Positions 26,781 to 36,932 of a DNA stretch of 64,000 nucleotides are shown piece after piece. A model generated the notes under the pieces. It saw only the letters and a list, made by a program, of their open reading frames with translations. It ran no database searches and was not told the DNA's origin. This stretch comes from a virus. The position numbers and the translations under genes were made by a program. Where the stretch lies: positions 89,456-153,455 of the IMG/VR virus record IMGVR_UViG_3300049434_000014; one strand, 5' to 3'. Every line of letters begins with the position of its first letter. The stretch's first letter is position 1.

Positions 26781-29362
26781 CCGCACCTGCTACGTCGGTA
26801 GGGTCGCTGGCGTCTTTGCTGTCGTTGGTTGATGACTCAGCCGCACGCAATGTAGCGACTGAAGACCAACTCATTGCTGAAGTAGACAATCTTTACGCTC
26901 AGCGGTTGGTTGCCTATCTTGCGTCTTTGCAGAGCCAGCCTCAGGCACCGGAGGAGGGTGATCTTCATCCATTCTTGGATGCGGCATTGCTCGCTGCAGT
27001 GGTGCTTTTGCTGCGACGCGCGTTCCGGGCTGGAGTTGTAGAGGGCCTTAATTTCGGCGGGGAGAATTTAAGCAAAGTCGGGATCACTTTAGATCCAAGC
27101 TTAGTAAAGATCGATAACGCTTTTAGTGACTCTGTCGTTACGGACTTCTTGCAGGGTCAAGTTAATCAGGCTTCGAGTTGGGGCAGCAAAGATCCACAGG
27201 TGCTGGCTGCGACGCTGTCTCAGCGTGCTGATCTTGGTGTGTTGACGGCCTTTCATGGTGGACGTAATGCTGCGTCGGAGGCGTCGTTTGCGCAGGCACC
27301 GGGTCAGGTACATAAGTTGTGGGTCGCTCGTTTCGATTTAGAGACTGCACCTTGTAGTTTGTGTGTTCGTCTACACGGCATGCATGTTCCGTTAGCTGAT
27401 AATTTCCACGTTCATGATGATGAGCCTGGGCCTTATCTCGGGACGCTGTCTCGTCCTCCGAGGCATCCTCGTTGTCGGTGCAGTGTGGTGTTGTACATGC
27501 CTACGGAGATGAAGACCGATTCAGGTCCGGCTCCGTTGTCGATGGTGCAGTATGCCGATCAGGTGTTGCGGATAATCGGTGCGGAGCGCCACGATTTCAT
27601 CGCAGCCTCAGTAGTCCGGGTTGAGGGATATACGCGTGTTGTAGGTGGAAAGACCGAGCAGGTAAGTGGTTACTTTTATGACATTAAGACGGGGTTAAAG
27701 GTTCCGTCGTCTCAGGTTCCTGGCAATAAAGCACCGAAGGTGTCTTTGCAGAAGGCTCGCGCGATGGAGCAGAAAGCTAAGTCAGCGGGCGTTGGTAAAA
27801 CTTCTGGTGGTCCTGGACAGGCTGCTGCTGTTTGGCCTAAAGGTACGTATCACATTAATATGCCTGATGGTTCTGTGACTCAGGTGATTGTTAGTGATGA
27901 TGGTTCTTCTCGAGCTACGTCTAATGGTCAGACGGAGAATGCCGATCCTGCTCAGACACATCAGTTTATGTCTTACTGGCAAGAGCATCTTCAGCAGGTT
28001 GACAATGCTGATTCTGGACTTCACGATGTGCAGCATCCTGAGCATAATATCGGTGGTGTCTCAGTCACGTCTGACCATGTTAAAGAAGCTATCAGCATTC
28101 TGAAAAACGAGCCATCGACTTCTGTTAAGGCTCCACTAAAGATTGCAGATCACCCTCTCGCGTCTGCGGATCTGCGCGGGTTTGCGACCGAGCATGCAGG
28201 CACGCCACAGCATTACTCGAAGCTTAAGCAAGGTGTGATCGACGCGCTTCAGGCAAAGCTGAAGGGTAAGGACGGAGCTCAGCCAAATGCCGGAAAGCCT
28301 GAGGCTCCTGGTGCCCCGACGCCTCCTGATGCACCGTCTGCGCCGAGCGCTCCCGTGTCGGATAAGCAGAAGGCTCCTGACAAAAAGTCGGTTGCTAACC
28401 CACCTAGCGCTCCAAACAAGAGTGCGACTCCTCCTGCTGTGCCAGCAGATCAGGCAAAGACTTGGAAAGACCATCTGGAGAATGCGCGTGTTGCGTTCAA
28501 GGTCTCTCCACAACCTGGCGATCACGGGTCGGGGATTGCCGCCGCTCAGCAACGGGTCGCTACTACGAGACACAAGTATTACGTTCGTAGTGATCAGGGG
28601 AATACTCAGATCAGTATGAAGCCGCTTCCCGTGACGGGAAATGGACATGATTTGCTAGTGCATTCCAACGGGTCGGTGTATTCACGTTCGTTAGACGGTA
28701 GTGGTGCTGAGCAGTTGCATCCTATGTCGCCTGATGAGGTTTCGTCTTTGACGAGTCCTCATTTTCAGTCTTCTGACAAGGTGTCTCTTGATCGTGCGTT
28801 GTCTAATCCTCGTTCGATTAAAGATAATAAGCTTGACGGGTTAATGCAGGAAGCATTGACCAGTAACAATATGGATGCGTTTGATAAGTTGGCTGCTGAG
28901 GCTGATCGTCGCAGCGCGTCTGAGAAGCGTTCGTCTCAGCAGGAAGAGCAGCGTGCTGCGCAGCTAGAGAAGCTTCTGATGGAGGGTAAGAACGAGTCTG
29001 ACGCCATTGAGAAGGTATACGGCGTCTCGGGTGAAGGACAGAAACGAAAGTTAGCAATTACTTCATTGCGATCTGATGGTTACACGGGAGTTAACCTTTC
29101 GGAGCTGGCTCGTAAGGCTTTCCGAGACGATGTGTATAGCAGATATATTGAAGCTGAGAATTCGATGCAAGGACATATGCTTTCGAAGGAAGGTGAGGCT
29201 AAGAATATATCTCCAGTGAAGTTGTTTACTGGCTCAGAGGCTACGGCTATGAAGTACGCGTCTCCTGAGTTGATTGATTACTGGGGAATTCACGGCCGTC
29301 CTTCGTTCGATGAATGGTTAAATGATTTTATGGGTGGCTTCGGTAGTAGTGGAGGTGCCTGA
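26777..29362 (+). CDS. MuF-like head morphogenesis protein with long C-terminal extension
   Basis: KLWVA..CSLC..LHG..PPRHPRCRC motif after the portal. Confidence 0.75.
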   Translation: MTAPATSVGSLASLLSLVDDSAARNVATEDQLIAEVDNLYAQRLVAYLASLQSQPQAPEEGDLHPFLDAALLAAVVLLLRRAFRAGVVEGLNFGGENLSKVGITLDPSLVKIDNAFSDSVVTDFLQGQVNQASSWGSKDPQVLAATLSQRADLGVLTAFHGGRNAASEASFAQAPGQVHKLWVARFDLETAPCSLCVRLHGMHVPLADNFHVHDDEPGPYLGTLSRPPRHPRCRCSVVLYMPTEMKTDSGPAPLSMVQYADQVLRIIGAERHDFIAASVVRVEGYTRVVGGKTEQVSGYFYDIKTGLKVPSSQVPGNKAPKVSLQKARAMEQKAKSAGVGKTSGGPGQAAAVWPKGTYHINMPDGSVTQVIVSDDGSSRATSNGQTENADPAQTHQFMSYWQEHLQQVDNADSGLHDVQHPEHNIGGVSVTSDHVKEAISILKNEPSTSVKAPLKIADHPLASADLRGFATEHAGTPQHYSKLKQGVIDALQAKLKGKDGAQPNAGKPEAPGAPTPPDAPSAPSAPVSDKQKAPDKKSVANPPSAPNKSATPPAVPADQAKTWKDHLENARVAFKVSPQPGDHGSGIAAAQQRVATTRHKYYVRSDQGNTQISMKPLPVTGNGHDLLVHSNGSVYSRSLDGSGAEQLHPMSPDEVSSLTSPHFQSSDKVSLDRALSNPRSIKDNKLDGLMQEALTSNNMDAFDKLAAEADRRSASEKRSSQQEEQRAAQLEKLLMEGKNESDAIEKVYGVSGEGQKRKLAITSLRSDGYTGVNLSELARKAFRDDVYSRYIEAENSMQGHMLSKEGEAKNISPVKLFTGSEATAMKYASPELIDYWGIHGRPSFDEWLNDFMGGFGSSGGA

Positions 29363-29363
29363 G

Positions 29364-29567
29364 ATGTCTGTGGAGCGAGAGATGGTTGACGCCTACCGAG
29401 CGGGTGAGGTGGCGGCCCGCTCTGGGCAGCTGGTGGCGACTAATCCTTTCGATGCTGAAGCGACGACGGCTCGCGATCGAGTGCAGGCTTTGATGTGGAT
29501 GCGCGGGTACGGCGCGGGCAATCCGGTGGAAGACGATGCGGGGGAGACGTCTTCATCTGCCGAATAA
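29364..29567 (+). CDS. Small Rmf/CrpP-like protein
   Basis: AYRAG..A..G...NPF......R...WMRGY pattern. Confidence 0.45.
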   Translation: MSVEREMVDAYRAGEVAARSGQLVATNPFDAEATTARDRVQALMWMRGYGAGNPVEDDAGETSSSAE

Positions 29568-29573
29568 TGAGGC

Positions 29574-30770
29574 ATGGATCCGAAGTGTGTAATCGCACCT
29601 AGTCCACTTTCGGACTGGACTGCGGTCGATGAAGATACGGTTGAGCTTGCCCGCAAGAAGCAGGGCACTTTGTACCGTAAGCATATCTTGAATCGTGGCG
29701 AGTTGCACCATCCACTTACCGGCACAAAGATTACCATTGACGATGCTTTTGTAACGCATCTTCAGACTAACTTCGCGAACAATGTTTGCGACATTGTTCA
29801 GGTTCCTTTGGCTAATGACCAAAATGAGCATGTTGAAAATCCTGCCGCGAATGTCGGTGAGGTTCTCGGCATTGAGGATGATAAGAAGACCGGCAAGATT
29901 TACGCATTGGTTGATGCGCGTAAGCATGCTGATGACTTCGGCAAGACGATCCTCGGTGCATCTGCTTTCCTGCATTTGAATTACAAGGACTCGAAGACCA
30001 ATAAGCGTGTCGGACCCACGCTTTTACATGTCGCTGCCACTAACCGCCCGTACGTCACGGGTCTGGATCCTTATGAGCCAGTCGTGGCAGCGAGTGCCGA
30101 ATACTTGGGCGAGCCCGCTCTTATGCAGATGAGCGGTGGGAACGATCGGGAGAGTGCTATGCCCCGCAGTTTGGAAGAGGTGCTCACCGAGCTGCGCACC
30201 GATCATGAGATCGATGTTAACGCTCTCCGCACCCAGCTTACTGATGTTGAGAAGGCGAAGGCCGACGAGGCTGCTCGGGCTGAGGCTGCAATTGTTACTG
30301 CCAAGGCTGCGGAGGACAAGTTGGCTGCTACTACCACGAAGCTTACTCAGGCTCTTGCAGGGTCTGAGGAGGGTACCAAGCTTACCGGTTCTGGCGATGT
30401 GAGTAGTGAGGATGTCGTCAATGCAGTTGCCGAGTTGGCTCAGCGCAACGTGGCTCTCAGCGCAGCTCAGGAAGCTTCGGTCGACCGCATCGCGGCTTTG
30501 GAAAAGCGCAACGTCGAAGCGGAAATCGACGGACTGATCAAGGAGGGTCGTATCCTTCCGGCCAAGCGTGAGGTTTTCCTTACGATGGCTTTGACCAGTC
30601 GTGAGATTTTTGATCAGGTTGTTCCAGACGAGCCGATTGTGGCTTTGAATGCAGAGCGTGGCGTTGCACCTCGCGCTGATGAGCACGGCAAGCGTGAGTT
30701 TGACGTGGAGGCCGAGCTTGCTCGTTTGACGGCCCCCGGTGGTCCTGCAGCGGAGTACGTGCGGTCGTAA
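29574..30770 (+). CDS. Capsid maturation protease / scaffold
   Basis: GPTLLHVAATNRPYV (Mu gpI-like), coiled-coil C-terminus with GRILPA. Confidence 0.82.
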   Translation: MDPKCVIAPSPLSDWTAVDEDTVELARKKQGTLYRKHILNRGELHHPLTGTKITIDDAFVTHLQTNFANNVCDIVQVPLANDQNEHVENPAANVGEVLGIEDDKKTGKIYALVDARKHADDFGKTILGASAFLHLNYKDSKTNKRVGPTLLHVAATNRPYVTGLDPYEPVVAASAEYLGEPALMQMSGGNDRESAMPRSLEEVLTELRTDHEIDVNALRTQLTDVEKAKADEAARAEAAIVTAKAAEDKLAATTTKLTQALAGSEEGTKLTGSGDVSSEDVVNAVAELAQRNVALSAAQEASVDRIAALEKRNVEAEIDGLIKEGRILPAKREVFLTMALTSREIFDQVVPDEPIVALNAERGVAPRADEHGKREFDVEAELARLTAPGGPAAEYVRS

Positions 30771-30812
30771 TCGTGTGACCGCTGCCGGTCACTAGCGAGA
30801 GGATAAGCAGCC

Positions 30813-31217
30813 ATGGTTGTGGAGTACGTCGGCAATATCATCCCGGCGCCTAGTTACATTAAGGGCAACACTTCTACTGACGATGAGTTGCTCGCGTCAA
30901 CTGCACGGTTCACTCAGAAAGGTGTGACCCTCGCCCCCGGCTTGGGCATTATCAATTTGGGCACCGTTATGGCGCAGCGTACGTCGGATAAGAAGTGGAT
31001 TCCGTATAGCGACGCTGGCTCTGGGGGTGCGAGTGTCGCGCGCGGTGTTCTCCGTCGTGGTGTTGATACTGGCACTGACGTGAATGGTCGTGTGTTCCAG
31101 GGCAACGTTGTTATTTCAGGTGTCCTCAAGCTCGACCGCGTGGTCGGGTCGGATGCTGCAGCGATCTCTGATTTGAATGCACGTACCGACACTGTTTTGA
31201 ATATGTTCATCTTCTAA
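30813..31217 (+). CDS. Head decoration protein
   Basis: GVTLAPG..LGTVMA..GVL pattern, between scaffold and capsid. Confidence 0.75.
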   Translation: MVVEYVGNIIPAPSYIKGNTSTDDELLASTARFTQKGVTLAPGLGIINLGTVMAQRTSDKKWIPYSDAGSGGASVARGVLRRGVDTGTDVNGRVFQGNVVISGVLKLDRVVGSDAAAISDLNARTDTVLNMFIF

Positions 31218-31332
31218 TAGCTAGCTAGGCCAGCCGGTTGACGCGTAAGCGTGGCGCAGGTCGGGATCCAAGACGGATTCGCTGATGGATGGCAAGTTTC
31301 GCAGTCAGGTAAGGATGGCTGCATGAGCGAGA

Positions 31333-32343
31333 GTGGTGGCTACTTTGCCTGATATCGGCCTTCTAGAACCTGTGGTGTTGCGCGGGGTTGTTGAGAAGCT
31401 TCAGACCCCGGAAACGCTCATCATGAAGAATCGCATTCCTAGTGGTCCGTGGCCGTACCCGGTTGCACGTTGGGATGTGATTCGTGGTTCGCGAGCGGTG
31501 GCGCGCCCGAACGTCCCTAACTCTGAGGCGCACATTGTGCCTCGGCTGGGCCGGTCGCAGGAAAGCGCGAGCTTCATCTACCTGCGTGAGAAGAAGATCT
31601 TCGAGCCGACCACGTTGCACTGGCTTCGTGAACCGGGTCAGCTGGCTGCGATCAATGCGGAGAAGGCTGTTCTTCGTGAGATCAATGACCTGAACATTCG
31701 ATTCGACAACTTCGTTGAGTTCTGTTCTTGGCAGGCTCTGAAGGGTCGCATCGTTTTGGACTATACCGATGTGCAGGCTGACATCGACTATAAGTTCACC
31801 ACAGCGCATAAGCCCACGGCGTCGACTCTGTGGACTACTGCAACGGTTCCGCAGATCATCTCCGACATCCGGGCGTGGAAGCGGCTTATTCAGCGCGACG
31901 GCCAGGTGCCTGTTCGTGAGGCGTTCGCGACGGAGAACACGCTGGCGTTGATTTTCGAGGCGTTCGCTCGGGACAATAACGCTGCCGGTTTGATGTCGGA
32001 TCGTATGCGTGATGAGTACTACTCATCTGGCATGCTTCCGGGATTCCTTGGAATGAACTGGATTGCTGTCGAGTCAATCTATGAGACCGATGATGGTACT
32101 CAGACTCGATTCCTCGAAGAGGGCACGTTGATTCTTGCCAACATGGAAGACAACCGTCCGATTGAATTCCTTGAGGGTCCGACCGCTGACGACGACGCTC
32201 CCCCGGGCCACACTGGGAAGTTCTCGAAGACGTGGAAAGAGGAAGACCCGAGTCATCGTCAGTACCTCCTCGAGTACTCGTTCTTGCCGATCATCACCCG
32301 TCCCGAGCAATTTGTGGTGGCGTCCGTAGGCGTTCACCCCTGA
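31333..32343 (+). CDS. Major capsid protein (lambda gpE-like family)
   Basis: 336 aa; EFCSWQALKG, IDYK, W..EDP, LPII; synteny. Confidence 0.88.
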   Translation: MVATLPDIGLLEPVVLRGVVEKLQTPETLIMKNRIPSGPWPYPVARWDVIRGSRAVARPNVPNSEAHIVPRLGRSQESASFIYLREKKIFEPTTLHWLREPGQLAAINAEKAVLREINDLNIRFDNFVEFCSWQALKGRIVLDYTDVQADIDYKFTTAHKPTASTLWTTATVPQIISDIRAWKRLIQRDGQVPVREAFATENTLALIFEAFARDNNAAGLMSDRMRDEYYSSGMLPGFLGMNWIAVESIYETDDGTQTRFLEEGTLILANMEDNRPIEFLEGPTADDDAPPGHTGKFSKTWKEEDPSHRQYLLEYSFLPIITRPEQFVVASVGVHP

Positions 32344-32365
32344 TAAGCAATTAGTATAGGAGCAC

Positions 32366-32857
32366 ATGATGCCCACTGATTCGCCTAAGTTTGCGAGCCC
32401 TCCTACTCGGAGGGTTATCGCTCCTAGCATTCCTGATGCTGTTCCACCTCCGTTGGATAATCAGGGGGATGTAGTAGCGAGTGCTGCTCCACTTGATGAC
32501 GATTTGAGCGATCTTCTTCCTGAGGTGACACCTTCTGTCGCTGCGCAGGATGGATCAACTGTCTTGATTCATATTCTCGAAGACGGTTTTACGGCGGCTG
32601 GTCAGGTTTGGTATCGCGGTCAGGAGATTGAGTACGTCGTCGGTGAGCAGGCTTTCGAAGACACCAAGGATCGTTATGGCCGTTCCTGGCTCGCTCTCGA
32701 TGACGCGGGTCAGATGCAGCATTGGGGTCGTGTGATGTTTCGACGCGGTCCGTGGACAGGCACTAGTTATGACGATCCTCGTGCGGCTGCAGCGGAGCTT
32801 GCTCGCGCTCGTCGTCCGAAGTCGCTAGCTGGTATCGCGCCTCCTGGTCGGAGGTGA
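32366..32857 (+). CDS. Hypothetical protein after capsid
   Basis: aggag SD. Confidence 0.65.
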   Translation: MMPTDSPKFASPPTRRVIAPSIPDAVPPPLDNQGDVVASAAPLDDDLSDLLPEVTPSVAAQDGSTVLIHILEDGFTAAGQVWYRGQEIEYVVGEQAFEDTKDRYGRSWLALDDAGQMQHWGRVMFRRGPWTGTSYDDPRAAAAELARARRPKSLAGIAPPGRR

Positions 32858-32972
32858 ACAAGCTTTGAGTATTGAACGCGCGATCGTTGTTTGTATCATG
32901 GTGATACTTGCATTGATTGTGATTGCTTTCTTGTTTCACATCCTCGGTGTTCTTATCTGAGTAGGTGAGGTC

Positions 32973-33524
32973 ATGGACTCCGGACTGACCCTCATCGACT
33001 TAGCTGATTTCACTGGTAAGGCTACTACTTATTATGGTCGCTACGTCACTGAGGCTTTGGAACAGGCGTCTGATCTCTTTGAGCTGGCCACAGCTTTGGA
33101 AGAGATGCCCGATCCTGGGTTGAACTTTCGTCTCGCCAAGCGCGGCATTCTCTCTATGGCCGAGGTGCTTTATGAGGGACAGGTTGTTCGAGATCTGCGA
33201 TTCTCTCCGTTTAAGTCTGAGACGATTGGTTCGTACACCTATTCGTTGGCCCAGGCTGCTGTGCTCGAAGGGATTCCTACGGGGATCTCCTGGTTTGACC
33301 TTGCTGTCGCTCGATTGAAGACGGGGGTAACTACAATTGGGTCCTCAAAAATACGTGTCTTCGACCGCCCAGGAGATCTCGTCACGACTCCCGACGGTGA
33401 AACCTATCTCCCTGGTCCTGCGGACTCAAACTCATTCAAGGGGTCTCCTTCATTACGTAATCGTTTTCTCCGTGGTGATATTGGCGATCCTTATTACGAA
33501 GAAATTGATGGAGTTGTCCCTTGA
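32973..33524 (+). CDS. Head-tail adaptor
   Basis: SETIGSYTYS motif; synteny. Confidence 0.75.
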   Translation: MDSGLTLIDLADFTGKATTYYGRYVTEALEQASDLFELATALEEMPDPGLNFRLAKRGILSMAEVLYEGQVVRDLRFSPFKSETIGSYTYSLAQAAVLEGIPTGISWFDLAVARLKTGVTTIGSSKIRVFDRPGDLVTTPDGETYLPGPADSNSFKGSPSLRNRFLRGDIGDPYYEEIDGVVP

Positions 33525-33907
33525 TAGGGAGTCACCTGATGCCGTCTCGGGTGAGGGTTCTGAGACCGAGAGTATCGACTGAGGACGGCATTCTCTCCAC
33601 GTCATGGTCGGCTGTGTCGGGCATGGAGAGTTTGATGTGTCGCTTGGAGGTAGGGCTGTTTCGTCCGGGTAAGGATCAGCCTCTGCCTATCCAGGCGGGT
33701 CGTGCTCCTGATCGGGTGGCTGTGGTGTGGGTGGCTCCTGACACAGACTTACGCCCAGGAGATCATCTGGAGTGCGTAGGCGGGCCGGTTAAAGGTACGT
33801 GGGAGATGCGTACGACTCTTGATGCTGCGGTTGCGATGAATCGACTGCATCATTTAGAGGGGCAGGTGGTGGAGTTGCCGCCATCGGTTGTGGCTGGCTC
33901 GCAGTGA
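33521..33907 (+). CDS. Head closure (stopper) protein
   Basis: DTDLRPGD..HHLE; synteny. Confidence 0.7.
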   Translation: MIGSHLMPSRVRVLRPRVSTEDGILSTSWSAVSGMESLMCRLEVGLFRPGKDQPLPIQAGRAPDRVAVVWVAPDTDLRPGDHLECVGGPVKGTWEMRTTLDAAVAMNRLHHLEGQVVELPPSVVAGSQ

Positions 33908-34281
33908 CGGTTCATTTTCAGATTGAGATGCAAGGTTGGTTTGACGCTCTAGACGCTATTACGGGTCCGGGGGATGCGACTGTTGCTGCTCTGACAGCGG
34001 TAATGGAGGCAGGGTTCAAAGAGACTCAGGCGCTGGTGCACGTAATTACGGGATCGTTGAAGAATTCTGGACGCGTGGTTTTCGAGCGGTCCGCTGCGGA
34101 GTGGTCCGGGGAGATCATTTATGGTGGTGCCTCCCCTGGGTTTCCCAATGATCCCGTCGATTACGCCTCGGCTGAGTTTGGTCGTGGGGGACTTCATGAT
34201 GCATTGAAGAATACTGACCTCATGCATCATGATTTGCTTAAAGCAATGTACGCGTCAATGGAAGCGGGGATGGCTGAGTGA
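33904..34281 (+). CDS. Neck protein, HK97 gp10-like
   Basis: VHVITGSLKNSG..YA..EFGRG. Confidence 0.7.
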   Translation: MTVHFQIEMQGWFDALDAITGPGDATVAALTAVMEAGFKETQALVHVITGSLKNSGRVVFERSAAEWSGEIIYGGASPGFPNDPVDYASAEFGRGGLHDALKNTDLMHHDLLKAMYASMEAGMAE

Positions 34282-34787
34282 CCCTTTCCGCTCCTGCCAC
34301 TCTCGACGTTGCGCTGGCGGCTCGTAGGTTCCTTGCTGCTATTCCTGCGTGTAGGGCTGTGTTAGGGCCTTCAGGAGCGGACACGGAGTCAACGGTGTGG
34401 TTGTTTACGCGTTCGATGTCTGTGGTTGTGGAGGGCACTTCGCGGTGCGCTGCAGTGTTGTCTGTTGCCGGTCCGTGGGCTCGACCCAATGAGCACAACA
34501 CAGCGCGGTTCCCTCGTTTGCAGCTGGAGATCTTTGCGGATCCGTCTCGTTCGGGCGGTGCGATTACGACGCGAGATGCCGAGGCTCGAGCGTGGGCGGC
34601 GTGGGATCCTTTTGACAAGGTGTTGCACAGACCTCGTGGGTTCTCCGAGATGTGGGGAGCGAAGGATTCCGATTTAGGTCTACGGGTGTGGGGGTCGTTG
34701 AGGACATCAGATCCAGATACGTTTCCTACACCTGATTGGGATGGCGGTCAGAGACTCTTAGTCCATTACGGCCTGTGCACGGGGTGA
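34278..34787 (+). CDS. Tail terminator / completion protein
   Basis: Synteny; FPRLQLEIFAD. Confidence 0.6.
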   Translation: MTLSAPATLDVALAARRFLAAIPACRAVLGPSGADTESTVWLFTRSMSVVVEGTSRCAAVLSVAGPWARPNEHNTARFPRLQLEIFADPSRSGGAITTRDAEARAWAAWDPFDKVLHRPRGFSEMWGAKDSDLGLRVWGSLRTSDPDTFPTPDWDGGQRLLVHYGLCTG

Positions 34788-35965
34788 CATTGAAGGTTTT
34801 AGTTTCTACTCCTGTTAATTCTGTTACTGGTTACGGTAACGATGGTATCGAGCTTATTCAGGCATTGGTTCGTTGGGGTGCTGATGTCTATACCGTCCCA
34901 GCGTCAGTGTTTCCGCCCGTTCCGCGCGAGGTTGCGGCTGTTTTTACGAAGCCTATTCCCTCACATGTTGACTTGCTGATCTCTCATAAATGTCCACAAG
35001 AGTTGGCTCATCCGGATCGATGTGGCATCTTCTCGGTCGCCACGGTTGCTTTGGCTTGGACGATGTGGGAGTGGGATTCGATAGCTAATGTTGACACGAT
35101 TAGTGATTTGAATTGCGAGCATGCGTTTCGGGTAACGGATAATTTGCGTGATTCGTTGGCGCGTTTCGACGCGACTCTGGCTTACGATGAAGTGTCGAAG
35201 TCTGCACTGGATCCCTTCCATGATAACATTCATGTGTTGCAGGGTGGTGTGACTCCGTTAGATTACATGGCTCGTGACTGGTTTTCGAATCCTTTTCGTT
35301 TTATAATGTGTGGTGTTCTGTCTGCTCGCAAGAACCCGTTTGCTGCGATTAATGCATTTAAGAAGTTGCGCGACGCGGGTGAGCTTGAGCATGCGACATT
35401 GACGCTGAAGAGTACGTATCCTGGACTTCACCCTCGGATGGAGAAGTGGTGTCCTGGACTGCATTTGATTCACGATTTGTGGCCTATCGAACAGGTACAT
35501 GAGTTTTTCGGACAAAGTCACGTGATGGTGGCACCCTCGTGGGGTGAAGGCAAGAACCGACCGGCTATTGAGTTTGCGACGTCTGGCGGCGCTGTAGTCG
35601 CACCCATGATTGGCGGGCATGCGCAGTGGATGTCTTCTGAGTATACGTGGCCGGTCAGATATAATCTTAAAGACTTTGGGTCTGGCTCGCACGGTGCGGA
35701 TGTAGATGTCGATCATCTTGCTGAGATCATGTTGGAGCTTTATACCGACCGTGCGTCTACGAGATTGCGCGCTGAAAGAGCAGCTCAATGCCTGCCAGCG
35801 CAGGTGGCTTGGCCGTCTGTGTTAGAGAGGCTCATGTTTCGTCTCCCGGCTATCGCGGGCGGTCGAGGCTCGGAGGTGTCCGCGCTGATGCGGGCTTGCC
35901 GCCGCGCTCCTGCGTCTGAGGGTGTTCATTTAGCTTCTGCACGTAGTGCACTTGATCCTGTATGA
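34784..35965 (+). CDS. Glycosyltransferase (GT-B, family 4-like)
   Basis: TGYG, TMWE, RKNP, PSWGEGKNRPAIEFATSG (EX7E). Confidence 0.85.
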   Translation: MTLKVLVSTPVNSVTGYGNDGIELIQALVRWGADVYTVPASVFPPVPREVAAVFTKPIPSHVDLLISHKCPQELAHPDRCGIFSVATVALAWTMWEWDSIANVDTISDLNCEHAFRVTDNLRDSLARFDATLAYDEVSKSALDPFHDNIHVLQGGVTPLDYMARDWFSNPFRFIMCGVLSARKNPFAAINAFKKLRDAGELEHATLTLKSTYPGLHPRMEKWCPGLHLIHDLWPIEQVHEFFGQSHVMVAPSWGEGKNRPAIEFATSGGAVVAPMIGGHAQWMSSEYTWPVRYNLKDFGSGSHGADVDVDHLAEIMLELYTDRASTRLRAERAAQCLPAQVAWPSVLERLMFRLPAIAGGRGSEVSALMRACRRAPASEGVHLASARSALDPV

Positions 35966-35990
35966 TTCGACGCGCGCCGAATACGCAAGT

Positions 35991-36266
35991 GTGCCTACGG
36001 TGACATTCCCTCACGAAGTTGAGCTGCGGTGTCCTGTTGGGCCTCGGAAGTTGTTTGCCAAGCTGAGACTTGATGGCGTACAGCCGACTGTGACTTCAGG
36101 CAATCTCTTGGAGATGGCCTGTCAGGATTGTAGACGTCGGGCTCGTTCTGAGGGTCGTACTGATGTGGGATTCGTTCTCCACCGTTTCGATATTGTGGGT
36201 CGCCTTGTCGAGACTGTGATCGTCGCGCCAGTGGTTGACGGTGCCGAATACCCCAGCGAAGGCTAG
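35991..36266 (+). CDS. Zinc-ribbon protein
   Basis: LRCP..CQDC; GTG 7 nt after CCGAATA. Confidence 0.65.
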   Translation: MPTVTFPHEVELRCPVGPRKLFAKLRLDGVQPTVTSGNLLEMACQDCRRRARSEGRTDVGFVLHRFDIVGRLVETVIVAPVVDGAEYPSEG

Positions 36267-36345
36267 CGCCGTCATCGGTGTTGAGAGCAGTGAATGCCAA
36301 TAGCCAGTTAGCGTCCGCGTTGTATGTAGACGAGAGGTTATTGGT

Positions 36346-36891
36346 ATGCCGTCAACTGGCATTTATGAGGCATTTAGCGTCTCGCATGCAGCGATTCTGG
36401 ATGGTACGACTGGCGCTGAGTCTGCGGACATCTATGGTGTTCGTCAGGGTTCTGTTTCGATCAACTCAGACTCGCACGACAATACCGGCGATAACGCTGT
36501 TTTGTCCAACTGGTTTTGGTTCAACTATGCAGAGATCACGATCTCTTCAGGTTACATTCCATTCAGTGTTATTGCCTTGCTCACTGGGGCTCCTGCTACG
36601 TCGTCTGGTGACACGTGGTCGCTACCGATGTGGACGGCGGATAGCCTCAACCAGCCTGCTCGCCCAGTCCTGATCCGGGTTCCGTCTAAGGATTCTGCTG
36701 GCGCAGCACGAATCATGGACATCATTTTGTACAAGGTTCAGTTCATGCCAATTGCGTTTGACGGTCCTAACTACAAGGACGGCATGACTTTGAACTATAC
36801 GGGTCGGGCAGTGATCTCTCCGGTTGATGAGTTGGGTGCGTCACTTACTACCCACGCTATTGGTCGGTTGGTCAACAAGCCGTCTCCGTGA
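36346..36891 (+). CDS. Major tail (tube) protein
   Basis: 181 aa beta-rich, gagagg SD, upstream of chaperone and tape measure. Confidence 0.8.
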   Translation: MPSTGIYEAFSVSHAAILDGTTGAESADIYGVRQGSVSINSDSHDNTGDNAVLSNWFWFNYAEITISSGYIPFSVIALLTGAPATSSGDTWSLPMWTADSLNQPARPVLIRVPSKDSAGAARIMDIILYKVQFMPIAFDGPNYKDGMTLNYTGRAVISPVDELGASLTTHAIGRLVNKPSP

Positions 36892-36932
36892 TCCTTCGTT
36901 AATCATCTTTTACTAAGACGCCAAGGAGCGCA

